This document shows, piece by piece, positions 7,746 through 17,124 of a stretch of 64,000 nucleotides of DNA. Source of the stretch: Patescibacteria group bacterium (GTDB lineage: Bacteria; Patescibacteriota; Minisyncoccia; Phycocordibacterales; PALSA-1337); NCBI GenBank assembly GCA_038065395.1, contig JBBTRB010000004.1:135178-199177 (forward strand). The letters are read 5' to 3'. The notes beneath the pieces are model-generated. The model saw only the letters and a list, made by a program, of their open reading frames with translations. It did no database searches and was not told where the DNA came from. Within the stretch, counting starts at the first letter, position 1. Each line of letters starts with the position of its first letter. The position numbers were made by a program, and so were the translations under genes.

Positions 7746-10700
7746 ATGAATTTTTCACTGAATTCCTATATAAAATACTGTTTAGGCTATCTTAGTCTCA
7801 CAAGACCTACAGGATTCAATAGAGGCACTTCAATAGACATAAAAATCCCTCAAGAATATTTCTCCTTAAGTAAACTTACGAACGGTGATACGGACGGGAG
7901 TTTGAGTGAGATTATCAACTTAGACTATTACTACAATACAGACCCGAAGGATGTTACTGAAGAAAACGAAGAAAAGTATAAAAAGGAAAAGGCACTTGCG
8001 CTACAGCTAGATGAAATATACAGCAAAGCGAAAAATGACACTTTCACAAAAGAAACCATATTGCGTTTCGGACGTTTTGATTTTGAAGTACTCGAAGAGC
8101 CTATAGTTGATACAGACGAAGAAGTTTTAGAAACCAAAAAAGACACACCAGTAGAAGAAGCAAAATTGGTATCAAAACAATTTTACCTTTTTTCATTGCC
8201 AGTAAGAATTGATAAGGAAAAAGACAAAAATAATATCGATAAATACACGATTATTCCAGTTGACTTTGAAGTTCGCCTAAACCTTCCTCCACTGTACGAA
8301 ATTTTTAGAACTTACAAAAAAGAAGATTTGGTGTACGAATTTTTAAACGAATATACCAAACTAGAAAGCGAAGGTGGTTTTTCTATTCCAATCCCTTCTG
8401 AAAAAATATTCTTAGACTTATGGCACATTCTTAAGGCAAAATTACGCCTGACTGAAGCAGTTTTTAATGAAAGTTCATTTACTCTTGATGACCTTCGATT
8501 AACTCTTGCCCCAAGAGCAAACTTCTTCTTGGTTGAAGATTTAACAAAGCTAGCGAAAGAAAAAGAGGAGCTTTTGGAAGGTACTTCGCTCTCGGGTTGG
8601 TTTTCTGAAGAAGGTCTAAACGTAAATTCGGATAGTTGTGAAGAAAAATCTCTATATTTTCCATTCCCATATGATAAGTTTCAAAGCGCAACCACTTCTC
8701 TTCTAGGTAATAAGGCTTCAATAATCCAAGGGCCACCAGGAACGGGAAAATCAGAGACTATTTCAAACATAATTTCTCATCTTGCTGTAAATAAAAACAA
8801 GGTTTTGTTCGTAAGTCAGAAACCCCAAGCTCTACGTGTTGTGAAGGATAAACTGAAAACCCTAGGCGTACCTCTTTTATTTGGATATATCCCGAGCGTT
8901 AAATTTGAGCAATCCCAGGATGAAGAGAGCGACACCATATCGTCGCAACTTGCAGCACTCGATACATATGGAGCTTATAAAGGTGTTGTAAAATCATCTT
9001 CTAATCTGAATAGCTTTACTCAAAATTCAGATGTTGTTTTCGATAAAAGAGATAAAATCATCTCCCTTGAAAGAGAGATATTTAGGCTTGAAGAACAGAA
9101 GCGTAACTACGATTTTCTTGACCAATTACCCTCAATAGATGAAGAGAGAATTATAACCGACCTCACGGAAGATTTATTTAGTGCTTATAAAAATATACTT
9201 CACAAAATATCGGCAAATAAAAATCTTATTGAGAATACCCACGACATATCAAAAAAATATAGTTTTGATAAAGAGCTATTTTGCGATAGTACTTTTTCAG
9301 ATTTACTCAAGACTGTATTGGCAGATGTTAAAAAGACTGGTTTCGATAGGTCATTTAAACTTGGAAGGTATATAAATAATCTTAGTAGAAAAATAAGACT
9401 CAAATCTCATCTAGGACAACTACCAAAAGAAATTTATGAAGAAATAGACAGCATATTAAAAAAGGACTCATCGCGGCATAGCGCAACAAAAGAATTGGAG
9501 CAGCTACTCGGTTTCTGTATTTATTGGGAAGCAATACAAGAAAATGAGAAGTTAGAAATATCTTTACAAGAAATCGAAAGTAACTTAAATCTGTCCAGAG
9601 ATGATTTTTCTACAATTTCTTCTTTTTTGAAAGAAAACTCTTTATCAGTATCGGAGCTTGTTGTTAAGCTTTCCGACCGCGCTCTCTTGAATCACAACCA
9701 GCAAAATTTTAGAGAAGATATTTCAACCCTTAAGAAAGAAGTTACGGGTAAAAATCAAATTACAAGGAAAGATATAGTGGCGCAATACCTATCTTCAATA
9801 ATCGAAGACAATATAAAAAATAATGTCTCACAGGTTAAAATATACAGAAAGCTTCAAGAGTTACAGAAAGCTTTTAAAAAATCAAAGAAAGCTTTCAAAA
9901 CTTTCGATAAGTTGAAAAATGACCCGACCAACTTTGAGACAATATTGAACATTGTTCCTGTCTGGATTATGGATTTAGACGATGCAAGTCGTCTTATTCC
10001 TTTAGTCTCAAACATGTTCGATTATGTCGTATTTGATGAAGCATCACAGTGCAATATTGCGTACACAATACCCTCAATGTATAGAGCGAAAAAGGCTGTA
10101 TTTGTTGGCGACCCAGAACAAATGAGAGACAGTACTGTAATGTTTAAATCGAACCAAGCATTTGACCAGCTCGCGAGCCGTTACAAAGTACCAGAGAGTC
10201 TACAAATAAAACCGACGGGTACAGCAGTGCAGTCTGTTTTGGATATTGCTAAAACAAGATTTGGAATACCCAAGATACTTCAATATCACTACCGTTCTCC
10301 GATGGAGTTGATTGGTTTTAGTAATAAGTATTTTTATGAACCGAAAGGCAAACGGCTTATTGCTTTGAATAACAAATATCTTACTTATAAGGATACAAAT
10401 CGGATAATGGTGCTTCATAATATCGAGTACAGCGGTATTGGAGAGATTGGCGATAATACAAACAATGCAGAGGCAGTGAAAGCACTGGAGCTTTATCTAG
10501 ATATGATTAAAGACCCAAAGTATGAAAATAAGAGTTTTGCCATACTCACGTTTTTTAATGACCAAGCAGAGCTAATCCGAAAGGTTTTTGAAGATAACAG
10601 GATTAAAGAAAGTGATAAATTAAAAATTGCTGTAATAGAAGGTATTCAGGGGGATGAAAAAGATATTGTTATATATTCTTTCGTTATTAGGGATGCCGCA

Positions 10701-11261
10701 CAAAAAAGACAGTATCGCCCTCTGACAGGAGAAACTGGAGATATGCAGGCCGATATTAACGCAGGTAGAGTAAACGTTGCTTTCTCAAGAGCAAAGCTTC
10801 AAGTTCACTGTATTATAAGTATGCCTATAGAAAAAATACCTTCAGGTATATGGATAAAGAAATACCTGGAATATGTGAGAGACAACGGTGAGGTATCTGC
10901 TTCCAGATTAACACTTCAAAAATTCGATAGTTACTTCGAGGAAGAATTCTATCATCTTCTTAAAAAGAAGCTTGGTAAGGGCTACACAATTCAAAACCAA
11001 GTCGAAAGTTGTGGCTTTAAAATTGATTTTGTTGCAACTAACACAAGTACTGGAAGACAGTTAGCAATTGAATGTGATGGGCCGACACACTTTAAAGACC
11101 ACATCGACGAGGCATATGGTATTTATGTTGATAGTGATATTCAGAGACAGAGGGTTTTGGAAAGTGCTGGTTGGACATTCTGTAGAATTGGATATTCCGA
11201 ATGGATTGAGAGCGAGGATAATAAAGAAACTATCGTTAAAAACATCAAACTACTGCTTTAA
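7746..11261 (+). CDS. SF1 (Upf1/DNA2-like) helicase fused to a C-terminal DUF559/Vsr-like (PD-(D/E)xK) endonuclease domain, with a ~330-aa N-terminal region. Hhe-like single-protein defence architecture
   Basis: Walker A IIQGPPGTGKSETI, Walker B/motif II YVVFDEASQC, motif VI RVNVAFSRAKLQVH. C-terminus GFKIDFVA...LAIECDGPTHF...QRQRVLESAGWTFCRIGYSEW matches the DUF559/Vsr-like fold signature. Confidence 0.75.
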   Translation: MNFSLNSYIKYCLGYLSLTRPTGFNRGTSIDIKIPQEYFSLSKLTNGDTDGSLSEIINLDYYYNTDPKDVTEENEEKYKKEKALALQLDEIYSKAKNDTFTKETILRFGRFDFEVLEEPIVDTDEEVLETKKDTPVEEAKLVSKQFYLFSLPVRIDKEKDKNNIDKYTIIPVDFEVRLNLPPLYEIFRTYKKEDLVYEFLNEYTKLESEGGFSIPIPSEKIFLDLWHILKAKLRLTEAVFNESSFTLDDLRLTLAPRANFFLVEDLTKLAKEKEELLEGTSLSGWFSEEGLNVNSDSCEEKSLYFPFPYDKFQSATTSLLGNKASIIQGPPGTGKSETISNIISHLAVNKNKVLFVSQKPQALRVVKDKLKTLGVPLLFGYIPSVKFEQSQDEESDTISSQLAALDTYGAYKGVVKSSSNLNSFTQNSDVVFDKRDKIISLEREIFRLEEQKRNYDFLDQLPSIDEERIITDLTEDLFSAYKNILHKISANKNLIENTHDISKKYSFDKELFCDSTFSDLLKTVLADVKKTGFDRSFKLGRYINNLSRKIRLKSHLGQLPKEIYEEIDSILKKDSSRHSATKELEQLLGFCIYWEAIQENEKLEISLQEIESNLNLSRDDFSTISSFLKENSLSVSELVVKLSDRALLNHNQQNFREDISTLKKEVTGKNQITRKDIVAQYLSSIIEDNIKNNVSQVKIYRKLQELQKAFKKSKKAFKTFDKLKNDPTNFETILNIVPVWIMDLDDASRLIPLVSNMFDYVVFDEASQCNIAYTIPSMYRAKKAVFVGDPEQMRDSTVMFKSNQAFDQLASRYKVPESLQIKPTGTAVQSVLDIAKTRFGIPKILQYHYRSPMELIGFSNKYFYEPKGKRLIALNNKYLTYKDTNRIMVLHNIEYSGIGEIGDNTNNAEAVKALELYLDMIKDPKYENKSFAILTFFNDQAELIRKVFEDNRIKESDKLKIAVIEGIQGDEKDIVIYSFVIRDAAQKRQYRPLTGETGDMQADINAGRVNVAFSRAKLQVHCIISMPIEKIPSGIWIKKYLEYVRDNGEVSASRLTLQKFDSYFEEEFYHLLKKKLGKGYTIQNQVESCGFKIDFVATNTSTGRQLAIECDGPTHFKDHIDEAYGIYVDSDIQRQRVLESAGWTFCRIGYSEWIESEDNKETIVKNIKLLL

Positions 11262-11275
11262 ATAATATCTTATTA

Positions 11276-12871
11276 TTGTATATGCCTCTCTTAACAAAAA
11301 CAGACTTTATTTTGTATCGTGAATGTCCAAATAATGTCTGGTTGAAAAGAAACAAACCAGAGGAGTACTGTAAGTTTGAGATTTCTGAATTTGAAAAATC
11401 ACTTGCTGTAATAGGTAATGATGTAGAAGAGTTGGCTCGAGGGATGTTTCCTTCGGGTTATCTTGTGGAGCGGCGAAGTGCTGGCGCACAAGAATTAACT
11501 CAAAAGTTAATTGCTGAAAAAACTCCTGTGATTTTCCAAGCAGTTTTTGCTACTGATAAATGTCTTGCGGCTACTGATGTTTTGCAATGGAATGATTCAG
11601 CCCAGAAATATGATATTTATGAAATAAAGATGTCATCTACGGAAGAGGATGACGAAGAAGAAGTGGAAGAAGGGAAGCCTAAGAAAGTTAATAAAAAGAA
11701 AGAACTCCAGTATGAATATGACCTCGCCTTTCAGGTAAATATTGCCGAGGCATGTGGTGTTCCACTACATAAAAAATACCTTGTTTGTTTGAACCGAGCA
11801 TATGTAAGGAATGGTGAGCTTGATTTTAGACCGAACCAGCTTTTCATTGTTGAGGATAAAACCGACGCAATCGAACTTATGAAAGACGTCGTTGGAGCGG
11901 AGATGTCTCAATCACAAAACTTCCTAGCGGCCACTGCGATGCCTCCCAGCCCTTGTCCTTGCTATTACAAAGGGCGCAACTCGCATTGTACGGCATTTAC
12001 ATACTTAAACCCGACCGTACCCGCATACAGTGTCCATGACTTGAATAGAATCGGAAATAGTAAGAAGTATCTAAAAGAATTACTCGATGAGGGCATTTTG
12101 GAGATTAGCGCTGTTCCTGTTGATGATAGACTTAAGCCAAAGCCCAAGAAAAGTACAGAGAAACCAAGTAAGCCGAAAAAGTTAAACCAAGTCTTAGTTC
12201 ACAAATCTCAAGAGCCTTTAATTGATATTGATTCGATAAAAAATGAACTTGGCGCACTCGTATTTCCACTTTATTTTCTCGATTATGAGACTTATCCGAC
12301 AGCAATTCCTCCTTATAATGGTTATCGACCATATCAGCAAATTGTCTTTCAGTATTCATTACACATCCTGAAAGATAAAGATTCCGAACCGATTTCTTTG
12401 GAATGTTTAATATTAGACGGTGAACCTTCTGAACGTATAGTTAAAAGCCTGCGTGAACATATTGGTGATACTGGAACTGTAATTTCTTGGTTTAAGACTT
12501 TCGAAAACTCTAGAAATCGTGAGCTGGCAACCCTAATACCGAGCCGTAGAGATTTTCTTCTCGGTCTTATTACTCGAACGTATGATTTGATGGATATAGT
12601 AGATGGTCAGCATTACGTACATCCTGGTTTTGAAGGCAGAGCATCAATTAAAAAAGTTTTGCCTGTTATTGCTCCACATCTATCTTATAAAAAACTATGT
12701 GTCCAGAGTGGTACAGATGCAATTGAAGCGTATAGGCAAATAACTAAAGGAGAGTTAACAGGTGAATTAGCCAAAGAAAAGGAGCTTCAAATGCTTGAAT
12801 ACTGCAAGTTGGATACCTACGCCATGTACGTTTTATGGAACTTCTTCAATAAGTTAGTGGATGAAAGTTAA
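11276..12871 (+). CDS. DUF2779-like protein with an N-terminal Cas4/RecB-like nuclease region and a Cys cluster
   Basis: N-terminus KTDFILYRECPNNVWL, central CPCYYKGRNSHC, C-terminal block YFLDYETYPTAIPPYNGYRPYQQIVFQYSLHIL typical of DUF2779. It starts 15 nt after the helicase stop, so is probably co-transcribed. Confidence 0.55.
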   Translation: MYMPLLTKTDFILYRECPNNVWLKRNKPEEYCKFEISEFEKSLAVIGNDVEELARGMFPSGYLVERRSAGAQELTQKLIAEKTPVIFQAVFATDKCLAATDVLQWNDSAQKYDIYEIKMSSTEEDDEEEVEEGKPKKVNKKKELQYEYDLAFQVNIAEACGVPLHKKYLVCLNRAYVRNGELDFRPNQLFIVEDKTDAIELMKDVVGAEMSQSQNFLAATAMPPSPCPCYYKGRNSHCTAFTYLNPTVPAYSVHDLNRIGNSKKYLKELLDEGILEISAVPVDDRLKPKPKKSTEKPSKPKKLNQVLVHKSQEPLIDIDSIKNELGALVFPLYFLDYETYPTAIPPYNGYRPYQQIVFQYSLHILKDKDSEPISLECLILDGEPSERIVKSLREHIGDTGTVISWFKTFENSRNRELATLIPSRRDFLLGLITRTYDLMDIVDGQHYVHPGFEGRASIKKVLPVIAPHLSYKKLCVQSGTDAIEAYRQITKGELTGELAKEKELQMLEYCKLDTYAMYVLWNFFNKLVDES

Positions 12872-13013
12872 TTTATTACAAGTATGGATTCTAGGCTTTT
12901 AATCGAGAAAGCGATAGAATCTCTATATTTAACAAGTTCGGAAAGCCACCCTATAGGGTCACAAAATTTGAATGAACTTATTTTTTTATAACTAATAAAA
13001 ATTTAAAATACAT

Positions 13014-13535
13014 ATGCTCAAAATAAATTTTTATCCTGAAAGTGATCTGAAAGACTTTGCTGAAGCTGTTACTATTTTTGAAAAAATGTGGCAAGAAGAA
13101 GGGGAACGAATCACTGATACGTGGGAACGGGTTACAGGATTGAAGTTCATTGAAACAGAAATAAATGCAGTTGTTGCTGATCTCAAGAGTTGCTCTCACC
13201 CACTTACGTTGAGGTATAGCAATGAATATGATTTCAAGAAATCTACATTGGTACATGAACTCGGTCATCGCATACTATACAGACGGGAAAGTAGTGCTGG
13301 GAACAAAACGACATTTGAGAGACATAAGTTTTTGTTTCTGGTTTTGTACGATGTTTTCTGTGAACTATATGGTCAAGAGTTTACTTATAAAGTTATAGCT
13401 TGGGATAGTAGTCTAGGAAAAGACAAAGGTAGGTCAATGTATGAAGATGCCTGGCAATGGGCATTACAATATAAGACAAAAGAAGAACGACAAAAAATCT
13501 ACAAGGAAATCTTGTCAGGAGAATATGTTTTCTAA
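13014..13535 (+). CDS. HExxH metallopeptidase-like protein, ImmA/IrrE (COG2856)-like
   Basis: Motif STLVHELGHRILY (HELGH) in a ~173-aa protein. AT-rich. Confidence 0.5.
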   Translation: MLKINFYPESDLKDFAEAVTIFEKMWQEEGERITDTWERVTGLKFIETEINAVVADLKSCSHPLTLRYSNEYDFKKSTLVHELGHRILYRRESSAGNKTTFERHKFLFLVLYDVFCELYGQEFTYKVIAWDSSLGKDKGRSMYEDAWQWALQYKTKEERQKIYKEILSGEYVF

Positions 13536-13594
13536 TTTTCGATCTAGTAACTATAAAGTTCCCAACTCTAACTTTAAGTAGTATACTAGTTGGA

Positions 13595-14215
13595 ATGGAT
13601 TCAAAACCTACTGTACGATATGCATTTATAGATGTTCAGAACACTGAAGGGACAGTCAGTCACCTTCTCGGTTTTGTTATTGATTGGCATAAGCTCTACC
13701 ATTACCTCAAAGAACAATGGAATTGCGAAAAGGTATTTTTCTATTCTGGTATTGACCAAGGTAATGAAGATAAAATCGACGAACATCTTGCTCTAAAGAA
13801 TCTCGGTTATGAGATGTCCATCAAACCGTATAAGATATATAAAAATTCCGACAAAATCATTAAAATCATGTGTTCAAAATGCGCGAATGAAATCGACTAT
13901 AAAATTGAAGGTGGTGTCCGATGGAAATCAAATTGTGATGCGGAGCTTTCTGTTGATGCAACAAATCTGGCAAAATCTGGTGCTGAATTTCTGATCTTTT
14001 CAGGAGACGGAGATTTTGAGTGTGTAATAAGGAATGCCGTAGAAAAGGGGGTGAAGGTATACGTGGTCTCCAGCGCACGGAAAGTAAAGACTGGCTTACG
14101 TTACTCTTCATCGAGATTCTCAACCAAACTACGCGAGCTCATTGCTGAGAAACGTGATCTGGTTATTTTCAAAGATATCAATGACTGGAAGATGAGGATC
14201 AAAAAAGATATTTAG
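13595..14215 (+). CDS. NYN/LabA-like (PIN-fold) nuclease-domain protein with an inserted Cys4 zinc-ribbon
   Basis: N-terminal YAFIDVQNT and FSGDGDF acidic motifs typical of NYN domains. Insert CSKCANEIDYKIEGGVRWKSNCD. Confidence 0.55.
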   Translation: MDSKPTVRYAFIDVQNTEGTVSHLLGFVIDWHKLYHYLKEQWNCEKVFFYSGIDQGNEDKIDEHLALKNLGYEMSIKPYKIYKNSDKIIKIMCSKCANEIDYKIEGGVRWKSNCDAELSVDATNLAKSGAEFLIFSGDGDFECVIRNAVEKGVKVYVVSSARKVKTGLRYSSSRFSTKLRELIAEKRDLVIFKDINDWKMRIKKDI

Positions 14216-14222
14216 ACAAAAG

Positions 14223-14253
14223 GAAAACGCCGTACAGGCCGGCGTTTTCTAAT
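14223..14253 (+). terminator. Rho-independent terminator (perfect 10-bp stem gaaaacgccg/cggcgttttc, 7-nt loop, T-run)
   Basis: Hairpin read directly. Lies 8 nt after the stop of the NYN gene. Confidence 0.8.
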
Positions 14254-14447
14254 GACACCTTTAGTATAGACTACATAAGAGTAAAGTCAATAGATTGTAG
14301 TGCTGCATAGATTGACCAACCCCTTGCCTTTTTCATAAAAATATGTCATTATCATTTTAGACCGCCGAGGCTCGGAAGGATCCGATGGCCAGTACGGCAA
14401 TACAAAAAACAAACAAAACACGCAGTGTTAGCTAGTGTATTCGTTCT

Positions 14448-15638
14448 ATGAAAAATCTATTACAGTCAGTCCTTGTTGGATTGATGTCTTTCGTCCCTTT
14501 GGCACACAGTGGTGACATCATCATAGAGTCACCCAACGGCGGCGAAGTCATCCGACGCAACCAGAACCTCGAAATCTTCTGGTTGAACCCTGTTCCTCTC
14601 GTCAATGCGATCTTTGTTGATCGATATGAAGACGGGGTGGTCGTCGAAACCTCTGAAATACCCCACTACGTCCATCCGAGACCCGAAGAAGGGCGCATGG
14701 GTATCAGTGTTCAGGCGAGTTACTATCTCCATCATCCGGGTACTTACAAAGTCCGGATCATCGGGACGCACAACAGTTTCAACGTCAGTGACGAAAGCGA
14801 TATGACATTCACTGTCATCGACGATGGGGTAGTCATCTGCAATCCGACCGACACAGGCTGGGCTCGTGGCGAAAGTCAGGAGTTCACCGTCAGTTGGAGC
14901 ATGATGCCTACGGGACGTCAGTATCGAGTCTATCTCTTCAACGTCTCAGAATGGGTCGGCGAAGGGTATGGCTTCGTACTCTATGAAGGCACGACGACTA
15001 CCGAGAGCGGGTCATTGACCTTCACCTCGCCGTATCCGTCGACCAACATGTCAGCCTATCCAGCATGGGAACTCAGCACGCCAGTCTCTGGTATGTATCG
15101 AGCATTCGTTCTGGATCTGGCGGACTATGGTCGGACATGGTCGGAGGACGAGATATTCCTCTCGGCCGAAGATGTCTTCATATCAGCAACACCGCGTCCG
15201 GCATTCACGATCAAGGAGGGCACAGACGACTGGTATCTCAAACTCAACGTCGATGCCAGCTTTTCTTCGGCAGATGTTCGCTCGCTCTCGATACCACTCA
15301 ATGTATGGATCGAAGATCCGGACACGGTGCTCGTAGTCACGCTCGAAGATGATAGTGGTCGGAGAGTCTCTCTGCCCAAGATCGTCCGGTTCGCCAGCCT
15401 GTATTCGGAGTTTACTCTGGCAACACTGCCACGAAGGTTCACCTTGGCTCAGGGACAATCCGAAAAACTCTTCGTGGTTGTCAAAGTCTTCCGAGGTGAA
15501 GGGAAGTTCGATATCGGACTCAACACTCTGGGCGAGGGTAGTGCCATCGGCTTCAAACGTCGGCCGCTCTCCTCCCACTATGTACACCAATGGGGGTACG
15601 GCGCTACGATCGTCAGTCGTCGCCCTGTCAGGAAGTAA
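14448..15638 (+). CDS. Secreted hypothetical protein (N-terminal signal peptide)
   Basis: MKNLLQSVLVGLMSFVPLAHS signal-like N-terminus. No recognised domain. Confidence 0.6.
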   Translation: MKNLLQSVLVGLMSFVPLAHSGDIIIESPNGGEVIRRNQNLEIFWLNPVPLVNAIFVDRYEDGVVVETSEIPHYVHPRPEEGRMGISVQASYYLHHPGTYKVRIIGTHNSFNVSDESDMTFTVIDDGVVICNPTDTGWARGESQEFTVSWSMMPTGRQYRVYLFNVSEWVGEGYGFVLYEGTTTTESGSLTFTSPYPSTNMSAYPAWELSTPVSGMYRAFVLDLADYGRTWSEDEIFLSAEDVFISATPRPAFTIKEGTDDWYLKLNVDASFSSADVRSLSIPLNVWIEDPDTVLVVTLEDDSGRRVSLPKIVRFASLYSEFTLATLPRRFTLAQGQSEKLFVVVKVFRGEGKFDIGLNTLGEGSAIGFKRRPLSSHYVHQWGYGATIVSRRPVRK

Positions 15639-15789
15639 CGCTTCGTCTAACACGCACCACATTCTCTTCGGAGGGTGTGGTGCTTTTTCTATACTGTACG
15701 TACATAGAGCTGAGATTGACTCACTGTATACTTTACTATATAAATCTGAGTGGACAGAGAAAACAACCATATTCATAGAAAGGTTTTGC

Positions 15790-16395
15790 ATGACTGTATG
15801 TATACAGCCGATAGTGATCGTAGGTCTCACCGCACTTCATGGAGCAGGCAAAGGTACGATGTCAGAACTTCTGATCTCTCAAGGATTCAGACATTTCTCG
15901 GCTCGCCATGATGTGCTGTGGCCTGAAGTTGATCGGCGCCAGTTACCTCGTGATCGAGATAGTTTGCATCTCATTGCCAATTCGTTTCGGCAAGAACGTG
16001 GCGCGGAGTACGTCACTCGTACGCTCGTCGAAAAAGCTCTGGATTCTGGCACGAATGCGGTAGTCGAGTCGTTCTATACCGTAAGAGAAATCGCTCATGC
16101 AAAAGCAGCAGCGGCGAGACTCAAAGTTACATTCCTCCTGGTGGCTGTCGAGGCTGATCGTGAGATTCGATATGCGCGTATCCAGGCTCGTGCATCTGAA
16201 ACAGATCGAGTTTCGTTCGAAGAATTCTGCGCAAAAGAACAGCGAGAAGTTGCTTCATCTGATCCGGCACAGCACAATCTACATGCATGTCGTGAACTGG
16301 CTGATCTGGTGGTACTGAATAACGGAACAGTTGATCAGTTTCATCGGCACACGAAGGCACGTTTGGAACCGTTCAATATTCATCTGCAGGTGTAA
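15790..16395 (+). CDS. P-loop NTPase, nucleoside/nucleotide-kinase-like
   Basis: Walker A GLTALHGAGKGT near the N-terminus, ~200 aa. The longer ORF from 15349 overlaps the upstream gene out of frame and is probably an artefact. Confidence 0.55.
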   Translation: MTVCIQPIVIVGLTALHGAGKGTMSELLISQGFRHFSARHDVLWPEVDRRQLPRDRDSLHLIANSFRQERGAEYVTRTLVEKALDSGTNAVVESFYTVREIAHAKAAAARLKVTFLLVAVEADREIRYARIQARASETDRVSFEEFCAKEQREVASSDPAQHNLHACRELADLVVLNNGTVDQFHRHTKARLEPFNIHLQV

Positions 16396-16502
16396 GTCGT
16401 ACTACATACACCATTCCGCCCTGGAAACATCCAGGGTGGTTTTTTTATATAAAAAAACACCTCGACATTATCGAGGTGCTGCTACTGGATCGAAGCCACT
16501 TT

Positions 16503-17057
16503 CTACTCTCGCGGAGTACGAAGGATTTTCTCGACCGCTGCGGCAAGATCGTTGACTTTGGATATGTCCGGGATCAGTTCACCTTTTCCGTTATATGGGG
16601 AACGAATGATGACGGGACGACAGCCGACAGTCTTTGCGACTTTATAGTCTCTCCAGTCATCGCTGATGATGAATGATCCAGGGAGATGAATCTTGAATCG
16701 TTGTTGGGCAATGAGTATGAGCCCGGGCAGAGGCTTCTTGCAGGAGCATTCATTGCTGGCGTCGTCCGGACAACAGAAGACTTCTGATAGTCCAAAGTAT
16801 GTTACGAGCACTTCATTCATCCGATCGAGATGTTCTTGTAACAGAGTCTTTTTGCTGATACCGGGTTGGTGGGTGGTAGCAATGAGAAGGAACCCTGCCT
16901 CGATAAGTCGTTCGAGATGAGGTTTGGCCTCCTTGATAACATGGAACTCCTCCATCTTTTTAGGAAGAACCTTACCCAGTCTTGTAGATGCAGGTATAGT
17001 ATTAAGAATACCATCCCGCTCAATGAATACCGCCCTGATGATTGATTGTTTGGCCAC
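16503..17057 (-). CDS. gmhB: D-glycero-D-manno-heptose 1,7-bisphosphate phosphatase / HAD-IIIA hydrolase (GmhB-like)
   Basis: AVFIERDGILN HAD motif I. ~184 aa. Confidence 0.7.
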   Translation of the reverse strand: MAKQSIIRAVFIERDGILNTIPASTRLGKVLPKKMEEFHVIKEAKPHLERLIEAGFLLIATTHQPGISKKTLLQEHLDRMNEVLVTYFGLSEVFCCPDDASNECSCKKPLPGLILIAQQRFKIHLPGSFIISDDWRDYKVAKTVGCRPVIIRSPYNGKGELIPDISKVNDLAAAVEKILRTPRE

Positions 17058-17124
17058 AAAGATCCTTATAGTTGATTGTTACAAAGAGCAAAATTGTCAT
17101 AGCAGAGGATAGCACCTTTGAAAC

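Larger units (their letters stand above)
6517..14253. mobile_element. Putative integrated genomic island at tRNA-Glu. It is AT-rich, bounded by tRNA 3'-end direct repeats, has no integrase in the window, and carries predicted nuclease/helicase genes
   Basis: Visible drop in GC over 6700..14250 relative to flanking murF and downstream genes. Direct repeats ttcgactccccgtagggtcaca (x2) and tagggtcacaaa (12954). Strong terminator at the right end. Confidence 0.55.

Noticed and set aside
12940-12965. Palindrome ccctataggg at the putative right att site as evidence for a recombinase site
   Set aside because: Too short to interpret on its own. Recorded only as part of the att-like repeat finding.
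15349-15789. Long ORF 15349..16395 overlapping the end of the secreted-protein gene
   Set aside because: It overlaps 14448..15638 in another frame and has no motifs in the overlap. The kinase-like gene most plausibly starts at the ATG at 15790 just before the Walker A motif.
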